From positions 34,031 to 98,030 of the forward strand of contig CAZEMS010000006.1 of NCBI GenBank assembly GCA_964513475.1: a DNA stretch of 64,000 nucleotides. The letters run 5' to 3'. The DNA comes from an uncultured Mycobacterium sp. GTDB taxonomy: Bacteria > Actinomycetota > Actinomycetes > Mycobacteriales > Mycobacteriaceae. Numbering within the stretch: the stretch's first letter is position 1; each line of letters begins with the position of its first letter. The notes below the pieces were generated by a model. It saw only the letters and a list, made by a program, of their open reading frames with translations. It searched no databases and was not told where the DNA came from. A program made the translations under genes and the position numbers. Of this stretch, positions 1 to 9,972 are shown in pieces.

Positions 1-2
1 TC

Positions 3-551
3 GGTCGCCGATTCATCGACGTCGAGCCAGAGGATCTGACCGCAGACGTGATGTATCAGATCGGCGCTCTTCAGGCGCTGGCGCGGGCCGCCGGGTCGGC
101 GGTCTCCTATGTCAAACCTCATGGCGCGCTGTATAACTCGATCGTGCTGCACCGCGATCAGGCCCGGGCGGTAGCGGAGGCGGTACATGCGGTCGACCCG
201 GATCTCGCGGTGGTCGGGCTCGCCGGGTCGGCCTTCTTCGAGGAGGCCGAGCAGCGGGGTCTGCGCACGGTCGCCGAGGCGTTCGCCGACCGGGCCTACC
301 GTTCCGACGGCCAGTTGGTGCCGCGCCGTCAACGCGACGCGGTGCTGGGCGACGCCGCGAAGATCGCCGATCGGGTCGCGATGATGGTCACCGGCGGCAG
401 GGTGGCCGCCGTCGACGGGTCCACAATCCCGATCGTGGCCGAATCCATCTGCGTTCACGGTGATTCTCCGGGAGCGGTGCAGATCGCGACATCCGTACGC
501 GAACGCCTGCTGGAATCCGACGTCGCGATCGCCCCATTCGTCGCACGCTGA
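3..551 (+). CDS. pxpA: LamB/YcsF family protein (5-oxoprolinase subunit PxpA), 5'-truncated by the window edge
   Basis: Frame open from base 3 (GRRFIDVEPEDL...). Motifs YVKPHGALYN, EAFADRAY, SICVHGDSPGA. Confidence 0.85.
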   Translation, partial: GRRFIDVEPEDLTADVMYQIGALQALARAAGSAVSYVKPHGALYNSIVLHRDQARAVAEAVHAVDPDLAVVGLAGSAFFEEAEQRGLRTVAEAFADRAYRSDGQLVPRRQRDAVLGDAAKIADRVAMMVTGGRVAAVDGSTIPIVAESICVHGDSPGAVQIATSVRERLLESDVAIAPFVAR

Positions 552-614
552 CATTCGACCAGCGGCTCCGCCGTCCCAATCCGCAACAATCCGGCCACTC
601 ACCGCGCTACTTAG

Positions 615-633
615 TTAGCTTTTGCTAACCTTG
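615..633. promoter_or_regulatory. Candidate IdeR/DtxR iron box overlapping a TAACCT -10 of feoA
   Basis: TTAGCTTTTGCTAACCTTG matches TWAGGTWAGSCTWACCTWA at 15/19; ends 66 bp before the feoA ATG. Confidence 0.6.
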
Positions 634-699
634 GTTCGCCCGGTAGGCTTGGCACCGGCCCGCCCGGTGCCCCGCAGGACCGGACCGAAGGAGCACGAG

Positions 700-990
700 A
701 TGGCAACCAGCAATCTACGCCGCTCGCCACGGCGTTCCGGCGGCTCGTCACTACGGGTCAGTCTCGCCGAACTGGCCGCCGGCGCAACCGCCGAGATCGT
801 CGCGTTGGTCCCCACGGCGCCGACCGAACTACTCACCCGGCTAAGACATCTCGGGTTCCGACCGGGAACGCAGATCATCAAGTTGCGCACGGCCCCGCTG
901 GGCGATCCCGCGCTCTACCGACTCCTGGGCTACGACACCTGCCTGCGCCGCCGCGAGGCCGCGTACATCGAAGTTCAACGCGTAGTATGA
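700..990 (+). CDS. feoA: Ferrous iron transport protein A (SH3-like)
   Basis: RLRHLGFRPGTQI..LRTAPLGDP...LRRREA signature; GAAGGAG RBS before ATG 700; stop overlaps feoB ATG (ATGA). Confidence 0.9.
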   Translation: MATSNLRRSPRRSGGSSLRVSLAELAAGATAEIVALVPTAPTELLTRLRHLGFRPGTQIIKLRTAPLGDPALYRLLGYDTCLRRREAAYIEVQRVV

Positions 991-2927
991 CGGCGGCGTG
1001 TCACCACGGCGGAGCCGCGCCCGAGGCTCCCTCGGGCCAGCATCGCATCGCACTCGTCGGCAGCCCCAACGCCGGCAAGACCAGTGTGTTCAACCATCTC
1101 ACCGGAATGCGGGCCCGCACGGGAAACTATCCCGGGGTGACCGTCTCCCGCAGCGTGGGCACCAGCATCACCCGATGCGCGCACGCGACCACGAAGTTCA
1201 ACGTGGAGGATCTGCCTGGCTGTTACAGCCTGAGCCCGATCAGCCCCGACGAGCGGGTCGCCACCGACGTCCTGCACGGCGAACTGCCCGGCATCGCCGC
1301 CCCCGATGCGGTCGCGGTGGTGGTCGACGTGACCGTACTGCGTCGTTCACTGTCGCTGGTCGCCCAGGTCCTGGCGCTCGATCTGCCGACCATGGTGATC
1401 CTCACCATGACCGACGAGCTCGCTATCCGCGGCGGCCGACTGGACGTGGACCGGTTCGCTGCGGCACTGGGTGTGCCCGTCGTCGGCGTGATCGGTAGCC
1501 GCGGAAAGGGTTTCGGTCCGCTGCGGACCCTGCTGGCCGCACCGCAGACCTGGCAGCGCGTGCCCTTCGCCCCGCCGCAAAGAGACGACGAGTTCCACAG
1601 CTGGGTCGACTCGATCCTCCAGACCGGGCAGTACTTGCCGCCGAGTTCGGATCGTCGCACCGCCCGTATCGACCGTTTCCTGCTGCACCCGGTGTGGGGG
1701 TCGTTGTCTTTCCTGGGCGCGATGTTCTTGTTGTTCCAGGTTGTGTTCACGGTCGCCCCGCCGTTGCAGGACCTGATCACCGCGTTCTTCGAGTGGCTGG
1801 GTCCGCTGGCCTCCGAGACGATCCCCAACGACACGTTGGCCGGGTTGGTCGGTGTGGGCATCATCGGTGGCGTCGGCACCGTCCTGGCGTTCATTCCGCA
1901 GATCGTGCTCATGTTCCTGCTGATCGCGCTGATGGAGAACGTCGGCTACATGGCGCGCGCCGCTTTCCTGGTCGACCGTGTGATGGCCTCCGCCGGACTG
2001 GAGGGCCGAGCGTTCGTCGCGATGCTGTCATCGCTTGCCTGCGCAGTGCCCGGCATCATGGCGGCCCGCACGCTGCCGTCGTCGAGGGACCGGATCGCCA
2101 CCGCGATGGCGGCTCCGTTGATGACGTGCTCTGCTCGCTTGCCCGTGTACATCTTGCTGATCGGTCTCTTGGTGGACTCGGACGCGCGCTGGGGACCGAT
2201 CTCGATTCAGGGTGTGGCGATGTTCGGTCTCTACATGCTCGGCGGCGTGACGGCGATGGTCGCCGCGTGGTTGTTCAAGACCGTGATACTCGGGCGCGAT
2301 CTGTTGCCGTTCTACATGGAGATGCCGCCGTACCGGTTCCCGTCGGTCAAGACGGTATTGCTGACGATGTGGGACTCGTCGAAAGCATTCCTGCGCAAGG
2401 CCGGAACCATCATCCTGGCCACCGCGATCATCTTGTGGTTCCTGCTCAACCTACCGTCTCGGACCGCGGAAACCGCGGGGATGACCGACACCGCCGCGAG
2501 CTCCTACGTCGTCGAACACTCCTACGCCGCGTCCATGGGCAAGTTCATCCAGCCCTTCTTCGAACCCCTCGGCTTCGACTGGCGCCTGTGCGTGGCCCTC
2601 ATCGGCGCGATGGCCGCCCGTGAGGTGTTCGTCGCCACGCTCGGCCAGATCTTCGCGGCCAGCAATCCGGAGGCTCCCAGCGAGGCGGTACAGACTGCGG
2701 TGTACACCTCCGGGGCGCATCAGGGCGAACTGTTGTTCACCGCGCCGACTGTGGTGGCCCTCTTGGTGTTCTTCGCCTATGCGCTGTCCTGCATGTCGAC
2801 CGTGGCAACCATCCGCCGGGAGACCAATTCATGGAAGTGGCCGCTGGTCGCGTGGGGCTACATGTTCGTCCTGGCGTGGGTCGGCGCGTTCGTCGCGCGC
2901 CACATCACCATCTGGCTGACCGGTTGA
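987..2927 (+). CDS. feoB: Ferrous iron transporter B (G domain + gate/nucleoside-recognition membrane domain)
   Basis: G1 GSPNAGKT, switch I GNYPGVTV, G3 DLPG, membrane motifs CAVPG, PLMTCSARLPVY, REVFVATL. Confidence 0.93.
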   Translation: MTAACHHGGAAPEAPSGQHRIALVGSPNAGKTSVFNHLTGMRARTGNYPGVTVSRSVGTSITRCAHATTKFNVEDLPGCYSLSPISPDERVATDVLHGELPGIAAPDAVAVVVDVTVLRRSLSLVAQVLALDLPTMVILTMTDELAIRGGRLDVDRFAAALGVPVVGVIGSRGKGFGPLRTLLAAPQTWQRVPFAPPQRDDEFHSWVDSILQTGQYLPPSSDRRTARIDRFLLHPVWGSLSFLGAMFLLFQVVFTVAPPLQDLITAFFEWLGPLASETIPNDTLAGLVGVGIIGGVGTVLAFIPQIVLMFLLIALMENVGYMARAAFLVDRVMASAGLEGRAFVAMLSSLACAVPGIMAARTLPSSRDRIATAMAAPLMTCSARLPVYILLIGLLVDSDARWGPISIQGVAMFGLYMLGGVTAMVAAWLFKTVILGRDLLPFYMEMPPYRFPSVKTVLLTMWDSSKAFLRKAGTIILATAIILWFLLNLPSRTAETAGMTDTAASSYVVEHSYAASMGKFIQPFFEPLGFDWRLCVALIGAMAAREVFVATLGQIFAASNPEAPSEAVQTAVYTSGAHQGELLFTAPTVVALLVFFAYALSCMSTVATIRRETNSWKWPLVAWGYMFVLAWVGAFVARHITIWLTG

Positions 2928-2937
2928 GCGTCTGAAG

Positions 2938-3480
2938 ATGCCCCTCCCTCCACTGCACCCCGAAACCACCGACAATCCTCGGCTGCTGAAGTGGCAGATC
3001 GGAAACCGGTTCCTGCCGACGACACCGCCCCAGATGCTGGAGCTCGTCGGGGAGGGTCTGCTGGAACGGGTGGATACCGCTCCGGGGGAAATACTCACCT
3101 GGTTGGCCGAGAACAGATCCTGGTCAGCCGACGGTCCACGCGTGCGTTCGGCACTGTTAGACGCCCTGCAAGATTCAGCAAGCGCCGCCGAAGAGCTCAC
3201 GGAAGCTCAGCTGCTGCATGAGATCACCGCGATACTCCAGCGGGAGGTGAGCCCGGTCGCGGACTCGCACGGCGGCACCGTGACCGCGCTCTCCGTTCGC
3301 GACGGGATTCTCACCGTGGAGTTCGGCGGGGCCTGCCACGGTTGCGCCGCCAGCGGTAAGACGCTCAGCGACCTGGTGGCTCGCAACGTCCGGGCCCGCT
3401 ACCCACAGATCGAAGAGGTGCGGGCGGTGAGTTCCCGACGGACCTGGCTCCCGCTGTCCATCGGACGTGAACAGGATTAG
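2938..3480 (+). CDS. Nfu/NifU-family Fe-S carrier-like protein (Nfu_N-like + NifU C-terminal domain)
   Basis: N-terminal HPETTDNPRLLKW; C-terminal VADSHGGTV...EFGGACHGCAAS with CxxC. Confidence 0.75.
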   Translation: MPLPPLHPETTDNPRLLKWQIGNRFLPTTPPQMLELVGEGLLERVDTAPGEILTWLAENRSWSADGPRVRSALLDALQDSASAAEELTEAQLLHEITAILQREVSPVADSHGGTVTALSVRDGILTVEFGGACHGCAASGKTLSDLVARNVRARYPQIEEVRAVSSRRTWLPLSIGREQD

Positions 3481-3550
3481 CCGATCCCTTGCCGGACAAC
3501 AACCCTGACCGAACCGCGCCCAAGGCCACGACGAATGGAGAATCTCAAGC

Positions 3551-4069
3551 ATGACGTTCCACGACCTGATGAAGGACCAGATCCGCAGCGAATTCACCGC
3601 CTCCCAGCAGTACGTTGCGATCGCCGTGTACTTCGATGGTGAGGACCTGCCGCAGTTGGCCAATCGTTTCTACAGCCAGGCCGCCGAGGAGCGTAATCAC
3701 GCAATGATGTTGGTGCAGTATCTGCTCGACCGTGACATCGATGTCGAGATCCCCGGTGTGGACGCGGTTTGCAACAGGTTCGACGCCCCCCGCGACGCAC
3801 TGGCGATCGCACTGGATCTGGAACGGGCGGTGACCGATCAGATCGCCAGGCTCGCCAGCGCAGCCCGCGAAGAGGGCGATTACATGGGCGAGCAGTTCAT
3901 GCAGTGGTTCCTCAAGGAACAGGTCGAAGAGGTCGCACTGATGACGACGCTGGTGCGGGTCGCCGACCGGGCCGGCGCGGACCTCTTTCATCTCGAAGGT
4001 TTCGTCGCACGCGAAATCGTCCCCGGGCCGGCCGACCCCAACGCACCGAAGGTCGCCGGCGGAGTGTGA
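3551..4069 (+). CDS. bfrB: Ferritin, BfrB-like
   Basis: EFTASQQYVAIAVYFD, EERNHAMMLVQ and GEQFMQWFLKEQVEEV closely follow mycobacterial BfrB; ferroxidase residues present. Confidence 0.92.
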   Translation: MTFHDLMKDQIRSEFTASQQYVAIAVYFDGEDLPQLANRFYSQAAEERNHAMMLVQYLLDRDIDVEIPGVDAVCNRFDAPRDALAIALDLERAVTDQIARLASAAREEGDYMGEQFMQWFLKEQVEEVALMTTLVRVADRAGADLFHLEGFVAREIVPGPADPNAPKVAGGV

Positions 4070-4091
4070 CCACCCAAACCTGACGGCACGG

Positions 4092-4120
4092 ATCCGGCGG
4101 CGCCCGCATCCGGCGGCGCC
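4092..4120. repeat. 13-bp direct repeat ATCCGGCGGCGCC x2
   Basis: Copies at 4092-4104 and 4108-4120. Confidence 0.85.
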
Positions 4121-4132
4121 TAGGGTTGGCCC

Positions 4133-5053
4133 ATGCGTCTCAAACCCGGCCGACCGGACCTCGCGAGCTATGAGCGCTACTTCGACGTCCCCTGCGCCAC
4201 GACCGAATCCAGGCTGACGGTCACCTGGGCCGGGGTCACCACGCTGGTGGTCGACGACGGCGCATCGGCACTGATGACCGATGGCTTCTTCTCCCGCCCG
4301 GGGCTGATCTCGGTCGGGTTGGGGAAGGTCGCGCCGTCTGTTCCCCGGATCGACGGCTGCCTGGCCCGCCTCGGCGTGGACCGACTCGAAGCCGTGCTAC
4401 CGGTGCACACCCACTACGACCACGCCCTGGACAGCGCCATCGTCACGCAGCGCACCGGCGCCCGACTCGTCGGCGGCGACTCCGCCGCAAACGTCGGGCG
4501 CGGCGGCGGGCTACCCGAGGACCGCATCCTGACACCCGTTCCCGGCGAACCGATCTCACTCGGCGCCTACGACGTCACGTTGATCGACTCCGGCCACTGC
4601 CCGCCGGACCGGTTTCCGGGCCCGATCGCCAGCCCGGTCGTCCCACCGGTGAAGGCCTCCGCCTTCAAGTGCGGCGAGGCATGGTCGACCGTTGTCACCC
4701 ACCGGCCGAGCAACCTGAGCCTGCTAATCGTCGGCAGCGCCGGATTCGTCCCCGGGGCCTTGGCCGGCCAGCGCGCCGACGTGGTCTACCTCGGCGTGGG
4801 TCAGCTCGGTCTGCAGCCGGAGAGCTACCTGGCCGACTACTGGACCGAGACCGTGCGCACCATCGGAGCGAGACGCGTGGTGTTGATCCACTGGGACGAC
4901 TTCTTCCGGCCGTTGCACCAACCGCTGCGGGCCCTGCCCTACGCCGGCGACGATCTCGACGTCTCGATGCGCGTCCTCGCCCGGCTTGCCGGCGAGGACG
5001 GGGTTCGGCTACACCTGCCGACACTGTGGCAACGCGCCGACCCGTGGCAGTGA
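4133..5053 (+). CDS. MBL-fold metallo-hydrolase (Rv3577-like)
   Basis: HTHYDH metal motif; TAGGGT -10 six nt before the ATG (leaderless); synteny. Confidence 0.85.
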   Translation: MRLKPGRPDLASYERYFDVPCATTESRLTVTWAGVTTLVVDDGASALMTDGFFSRPGLISVGLGKVAPSVPRIDGCLARLGVDRLEAVLPVHTHYDHALDSAIVTQRTGARLVGGDSAANVGRGGGLPEDRILTPVPGEPISLGAYDVTLIDSGHCPPDRFPGPIASPVVPPVKASAFKCGEAWSTVVTHRPSNLSLLIVGSAGFVPGALAGQRADVVYLGVGQLGLQPESYLADYWTETVRTIGARRVVLIHWDDFFRPLHQPLRALPYAGDDLDVSMRVLARLAGEDGVRLHLPTLWQRADPWQ

Positions 5054-5090
5054 CCGACAGGCCGCCCGCGGGCCGAAAGGAACGCAGCAG

Positions 5091-6329
5091 TTGCTGCTGG
5101 CTCTGATCTCGTTGGCGGTCGTGCTGACGTTCGCGCTGGCCCGCCCACGCGGCTGGCCCGAAGCCGTCGCTGCCGTGCCGGCGGCCGGCCTGCTGATCGT
5201 GTCCGGCGTGATATCGCCGGGCCAAGCTGCCGACGAGGTGAGTCGCCTGCTGCCGGTCGTCGGATTTCTGGCGACGGTTCTGGTGCTGGCGCAGCTCTGC
5301 GACGACAACGGGCTGTTCCACGCCGCGGGGGTGGCGATGGCCCGCTTCGCCGCCGGCGACCCCAGGCGACTGCTGTCGGCAGTGTTCGTCATCGCCGCGG
5401 CCACCACGGCGATCCTGAGCCTCGACGCCACCGTGGTGCTGCTGACGCCGGTGGTGCTGGCGACGGCCCGCAGGATGGGGGTCTCGGCCAAGCCGCACGC
5501 CTATGCCACCGCACATCTGGCCAACAGCGCGTCGCTACTGCTGCCGGTGTCGAATCTGACCAACCTGTTGGCCTTCACCGCCGCAGGGCTGTCCTTCACC
5601 CACTTCGCGGCGCTGATGACCATGCCCTGGATCGCGGCGATTGCCGTCGAGTTCGTCGTACTGCGTTGGGTTTTCGCCCGCGAACTGGCCACTGCGGGCC
5701 CGGCTGCGGTGACACCGCCACCAACAGAGCGGCCGGTGTTCGCGCTCGTCGTGCTGACGCTGACGCTGATCGGTTTCGCCGTCACCTCGCTGGCCGGTGT
5801 CTCCCCGGCATGGGCGGCACTGGCCGGGGCAGTGGTGCTCGGCATCCGGGGCCTGGCTCGCGGCCGCAGTACCATCGCCGGCATCGTGCGTGCGGGAAAC
5901 GTTCCGTTCCTGGCGTTCGTCCTGTGCCTGGGCGTGGTCGTGGAGGCGGTGATGGTGCACGGCCTCGGCGACGCGATGCGCGGCGTACTGCCCACCGGTG
6001 ACAGCCTGGCAGCGCTGCTGGGTGTTGCGGTCGCCGCCGCATTGCTGTCCAACGTGGTCAACAACCTACCTGCGGTGCTGGTGCTGTTGCCGCTGGTGGT
6101 CGGAGCCGGACCGGCCGCGGTGCTGGCGGTGCTGATCGGGGTGAACCTCGGACCCAACCTGACCTACGTCGGCTCGCTTTCCAACCTGTTGTGGCGCAAC
6201 GTCGTTCATCGGCAACGGATCCCACTCGGCGTCGGGGAGTTCACCCGCATCGGAATGTGCACCGTACCGCTGACGCTGCTGGCATCGATCTTCGGACTGT
6301 GGCTATCGGTGCGATTGTTCGGAGTCTGA
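5091..6329 (+). CDS. arsB2: ArsB/NhaD/SLC13-family permease (Rv3578 ArsB2-like)
   Basis: Hydrophobic; LDATVVLLTPVV, NSASLLLPVSNLTNL, NLGPNLTYVGSLSNLLW. TTG start inferred from AAAGGA RBS. Confidence 0.8.
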   Translation: MLLALISLAVVLTFALARPRGWPEAVAAVPAAGLLIVSGVISPGQAADEVSRLLPVVGFLATVLVLAQLCDDNGLFHAAGVAMARFAAGDPRRLLSAVFVIAAATTAILSLDATVVLLTPVVLATARRMGVSAKPHAYATAHLANSASLLLPVSNLTNLLAFTAAGLSFTHFAALMTMPWIAAIAVEFVVLRWVFARELATAGPAAVTPPPTERPVFALVVLTLTLIGFAVTSLAGVSPAWAALAGAVVLGIRGLARGRSTIAGIVRAGNVPFLAFVLCLGVVVEAVMVHGLGDAMRGVLPTGDSLAALLGVAVAAALLSNVVNNLPAVLVLLPLVVGAGPAAVLAVLIGVNLGPNLTYVGSLSNLLWRNVVHRQRIPLGVGEFTRIGMCTVPLTLLASIFGLWLSVRLFGV

Positions 6330-6352
6330 TTCGGAGTCTGATGGGAGTCTGA
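6321..6352. repeat. GGAGTCTGA x3 covering the permease stop codon
   Basis: Copies at 6321, 6333, 6344. Confidence 0.85.
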
Positions 6353-6373
6353 CCGGAATCCGCCGCCGCAGGT

Positions 6374-7318
6374 CTAACCGCGGCGCTGGCGGGCGATCTC
6401 GGCGAGCACCACCCCGGCGGCCACCGACGCGTTCAGCGATTCGGTCGGTCCGGCCATCGGGATGGAGACCACCGCATCACAGTTCTCCCGCACCAACCTT
6501 GACAACCCCTTGCCCTCGGAGCCGACAACCACGACCACCGGCCCGGTACCGTCGAGTGCGTCAAGCGCCGTGTCGCCCCCGGCATCCAAGCCGACCACCA
6601 GCAGCCCGGCGTCACGCCAGTTCTTCAGTGCGCGAGTCAGGTTCGTCGCCCGGGCCACCGGCAACCGGGCTGCCGCGCCGGCACTGGTGCGCCAGGCCAC
6701 CGCTGTCACCGACGCGGACCGGCGTTGCGGAATCAGCACGCCGTGGCCGGCGAACGCAGCGACCGAGCGGACGATGGCGCCGAGGTTGCGCGGGTCGGAG
6801 ATGTTGTCGAGCGCAACCAGCAGCGGTGCGCTGCCTTCGGCGGTAGCCGCCTTCAGCAGATCGTCGGGATGGGCATAGCGGTACGGCGGAACCTGCAACG
6901 CCACGCCCTGGTGCAGACCGTTGGCGCTCATCCGATCAAGATCCGTGCGCGGAACCTCGAGAATGGCGATCGCCGAATCGGCGGCCAGGCGCACCGATTC
7001 GGCCAGGCGGTCGTCGGCCTGCGCCCCGAGCGCCACATAGAGGGCGGTCGCCGGGACCCCGGCGCGCAGACATTCCAGCACCGGGTTACGGCCGAGCACC
7101 ATCTCGGTGTCGTCCGCCTTGCGGGCGTTGCGCTGCTGCCGGGTCTTGGCCGCTTTGGCCGCGCGTTTGGCCGCCGGGTGGTAGGGCCGCTGCTCAGCAG
7201 GCGGTGTGGCACCCCGCCCGGCCAAGCCACGGCGTCGCACCCCGCCCGAACCGACGGTTGGCCCCTTCTTCGTTCCGGGCTTGCGGACCGCCCCGCGGCG
7301 GCGCGAGTTTCCGGCCAT
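6374..7318 (-). CDS. rlmB: 23S rRNA (guanosine-2'-O)-methyltransferase, SpoU family
   Basis: [25 protein letters not shown] motifs; directly downstream of cysS. Confidence 0.92.
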   Translation of the reverse strand: MAGNSRRRGAVRKPGTKKGPTVGSGGVRRRGLAGRGATPPAEQRPYHPAAKRAAKAAKTRQQRNARKADDTEMVLGRNPVLECLRAGVPATALYVALGAQADDRLAESVRLAADSAIAILEVPRTDLDRMSANGLHQGVALQVPPYRYAHPDDLLKAATAEGSAPLLVALDNISDPRNLGAIVRSVAAFAGHGVLIPQRRSASVTAVAWRTSAGAAARLPVARATNLTRALKNWRDAGLLVVGLDAGGDTALDALDGTGPVVVVVGSEGKGLSRLVRENCDAVVSIPMAGPTESLNASVAAGVVLAEIARQRRG

Positions 7319-7320
7319 GG

Positions 7321-8754
7321 CTACGAGCCCCTGCCGGCCTGCGCCGGCTCAGCAGCCGCCTCCAGGAGCGACCACTGCGGTCCGTCGGCGGTGTCGGTTA
7401 CCTCGATCCCGGCCTCCTTGAGCCGGTCCCTGATGGCGTCGGCCTGCGCCCAATCCCGACGCGCCCGGGCCTCGGCGCGGCTGGTCAGCGCCCAACGCAC
7501 CAACACGTCGATCGCGGCCAGCGCAGCGGTGGTCTCGTCGCGCGACTCCCAGCGCTCGTCGAGCGGATCGCAACCGAGGATTCCCATCATCGCCCGTATC
7601 GAGCGAGCATGGTTCATCGCGGTCTCGTGGTCACCGGCGTCCAGCGCCCGGTTGCCCTCAGCCCGCGCGGCGTGCACCTCGGCCAGCGCGATCGGCACCG
7701 AAAGATCGTCATCCAGCGCGGCGGCGAACCGCGGCGTCCACTCCCCCGGTATGACGGCCCCGACCCGGCCGCACACCCGGTGCAAGAAGTCCTCGACTCC
7801 GGTGTAGGCCCGGACCGCATCCTGCAGGGCGGTCTCGGAGAACTCCAGCATCGAACGGTAGTGCGCACTGCCGAGGTAGTAGCGCAGTTCGGCGGCGCGC
7901 ACCCGCTGCAGCACCGCCGGAATGGACAGCACGTTGCCCAGCGACTTGCTCATTTTCTCGCCACCCATGGTGACCCAGCCGTTGTGCAGCCAGTACTGTG
8001 CGAACCCGTCACCGGCGGCGCGGCTCTGGGCGATCTCGTTCTCATGATGTGGGAAAACCAGATCCATTCCGCCACAATGGATGTCGAATTCGCCGCCCAG
8101 GTAGGTATGCGCCATGGCCGAACATTCGAGATGCCAGCCCGGGCGACCACGGCCCCACGGGGTGGGCCACGACGGCTCGCCGGGTTTGGCGCCCTTCCAG
8201 AGCGTGAAGTCACGCTGGTCCCGCTTGCCGGTGGCCTCGCCCTCACCCTGATGCACGTCGTCGATCCGGTGGCCGGACAGCTGCCCGTAGTCGGAGTAGC
8301 TGAGCACATCGAAGTAGACGTCGCCACCCCCGGTATATGCGTGCCCGGAGTCGATCAACCGGGCCATGAGCTCGATCATCTGGGTGATGTGCCCGGTGGC
8401 GCGCGGTTCGGCCGACGGTGACAGCACCCCCAGCGCCTCGTAGGCGGCCGTGAAGGCCCGCTCGTAGGTGGCGGCCCACTCCCACCAGGGCCGGCCCGCG
8501 TCGGCGGCTTTGTGCAGGATCTTGTCGTCGATGTCGGTGACGTTGCGAATGAACGCGACGTCATAGCCCTTTGCCGTCAGCCACCGCCGCAACACGTCGA
8601 ACGCGACACCGCTGCGGACGTGGCCGACGTGCGGCAGCCCCTGAACGGTTGCGCCGCAGAGGTAGATCGAAGCCTGCCCGGGCCTAAGTGGCGCAAAGTC
8701 ACGTACGGCACCGGCCATGGTGTCGTAGAGCCGCAGGTCGCCGCGATCGGTCAC
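7321..8754 (-). CDS. cysS: Cysteine--tRNA ligase
   Basis: [12 protein letters not shown] (HIGH), [24 protein letters not shown]. Confidence 0.97.
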   Translation of the reverse strand: MTDRGDLRLYDTMAGAVRDFAPLRPGQASIYLCGATVQGLPHVGHVRSGVAFDVLRRWLTAKGYDVAFIRNVTDIDDKILHKAADAGRPWWEWAATYERAFTAAYEALGVLSPSAEPRATGHITQMIELMARLIDSGHAYTGGGDVYFDVLSYSDYGQLSGHRIDDVHQGEGEATGKRDQRDFTLWKGAKPGEPSWPTPWGRGRPGWHLECSAMAHTYLGGEFDIHCGGMDLVFPHHENEIAQSRAAGDGFAQYWLHNGWVTMGGEKMSKSLGNVLSIPAVLQRVRAAELRYYLGSAHYRSMLEFSETALQDAVRAYTGVEDFLHRVCGRVGAVIPGEWTPRFAAALDDDLSVPIALAEVHAARAEGNRALDAGDHETAMNHARSIRAMMGILGCDPLDERWESRDETTAALAAIDVLVRWALTSRAEARARRDWAQADAIRDRLKEAGIEVTDTADGPQWSLLEAAAEPAQAGRGS

Positions 8755-8765
8755 GACGCGCCAGC

Positions 8766-9263
8766 TTACCGGCCGTTTTGGCGGGAACCGGCATCGGCGA
8801 TCACGAGAGCTGTCGCGATGGCGGCGAGACCCTCCCCGCGCCCGGTCAGCCCGAGCCCGTCGGCGGTGGTCGCCGAGACCGACACCGGCGCCCCGAGCAG
8901 GCCGGCGAGCACCCGCTCGGCCTCGGCGCGCCGGGGTCCCACTCTGGGCCGGTTGCCGATCACCTGTACCGCGGCGTTGACCACCCGGAATCCGGCGGCA
9001 CGCAACAGCGAGTGCACATGCCGGAGCATCTCAGCACCGCTCACCCCGCGCCACTGTGGCCGGTCGGTGCCGAAGACTTCACCGACGTCGCCCAAACCGG
9101 CGGCGCTGAGCAGCGCATCGCACAGGGCATGGGCAGCAACGTCGCCGTCGGAGTGGCCTGCGCAACCCTGCGCGTCTTCGAACATCAGGCACAGCAGCCA
9201 ACACGGCCTGTCCGCCTCGAAGGCGTGCACGTCGGTGCCGACCCCGACTCGGGGCTGGGTCAT
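8766..9263 (-). CDS. ispF: 2-C-methyl-D-erythritol 2,4-cyclodiphosphate synthase
   Basis: [38 protein letters not shown]. Confidence 0.95.
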   Translation of the reverse strand: MTQPRVGVGTDVHAFEADRPCWLLCLMFEDAQGCAGHSDGDVAAHALCDALLSAAGLGDVGEVFGTDRPQWRGVSGAEMLRHVHSLLRAAGFRVVNAAVQVIGNRPRVGPRRAEAERVLAGLLGAPVSVSATTADGLGLTGRGEGLAAIATALVIADAGSRQNGR

Positions 9264-9295
9264 TGCTCTGTACGCACGCGGCTCAACGCCGGCAT
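9260..9295 (-). pseudogene. 11-codon mini-[14 protein letters not shown] at the ispD position (possible deletion scar)
   Basis: ATG six nt after the carD stop; its TGA overlaps the ispF ATG (ATGA). Confidence 0.35.
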
Positions 9296-9301
9296 CGACG
9301 T

Positions 9302-9850
<549 letters not shown>

Positions 9851-9950
9851 CTATGCAGGTCAGGGGCGTAGCGGCTGGAGAATAGGGCTTGACAAGGTGG
9901 CGAATCCATGCAAGACCCGGGCTTTGAAAAGGCTCAGAAGAGCCGGCCGA

Positions 9951-9972
9951 AAGGCCCCGAGAAGGCCCCGAG
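9951..9972. repeat. 11-bp tandem repeat AAGGCCCCGAG x2 with a degenerate third copy
   Basis: Read directly from sequence. Confidence 0.8.
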
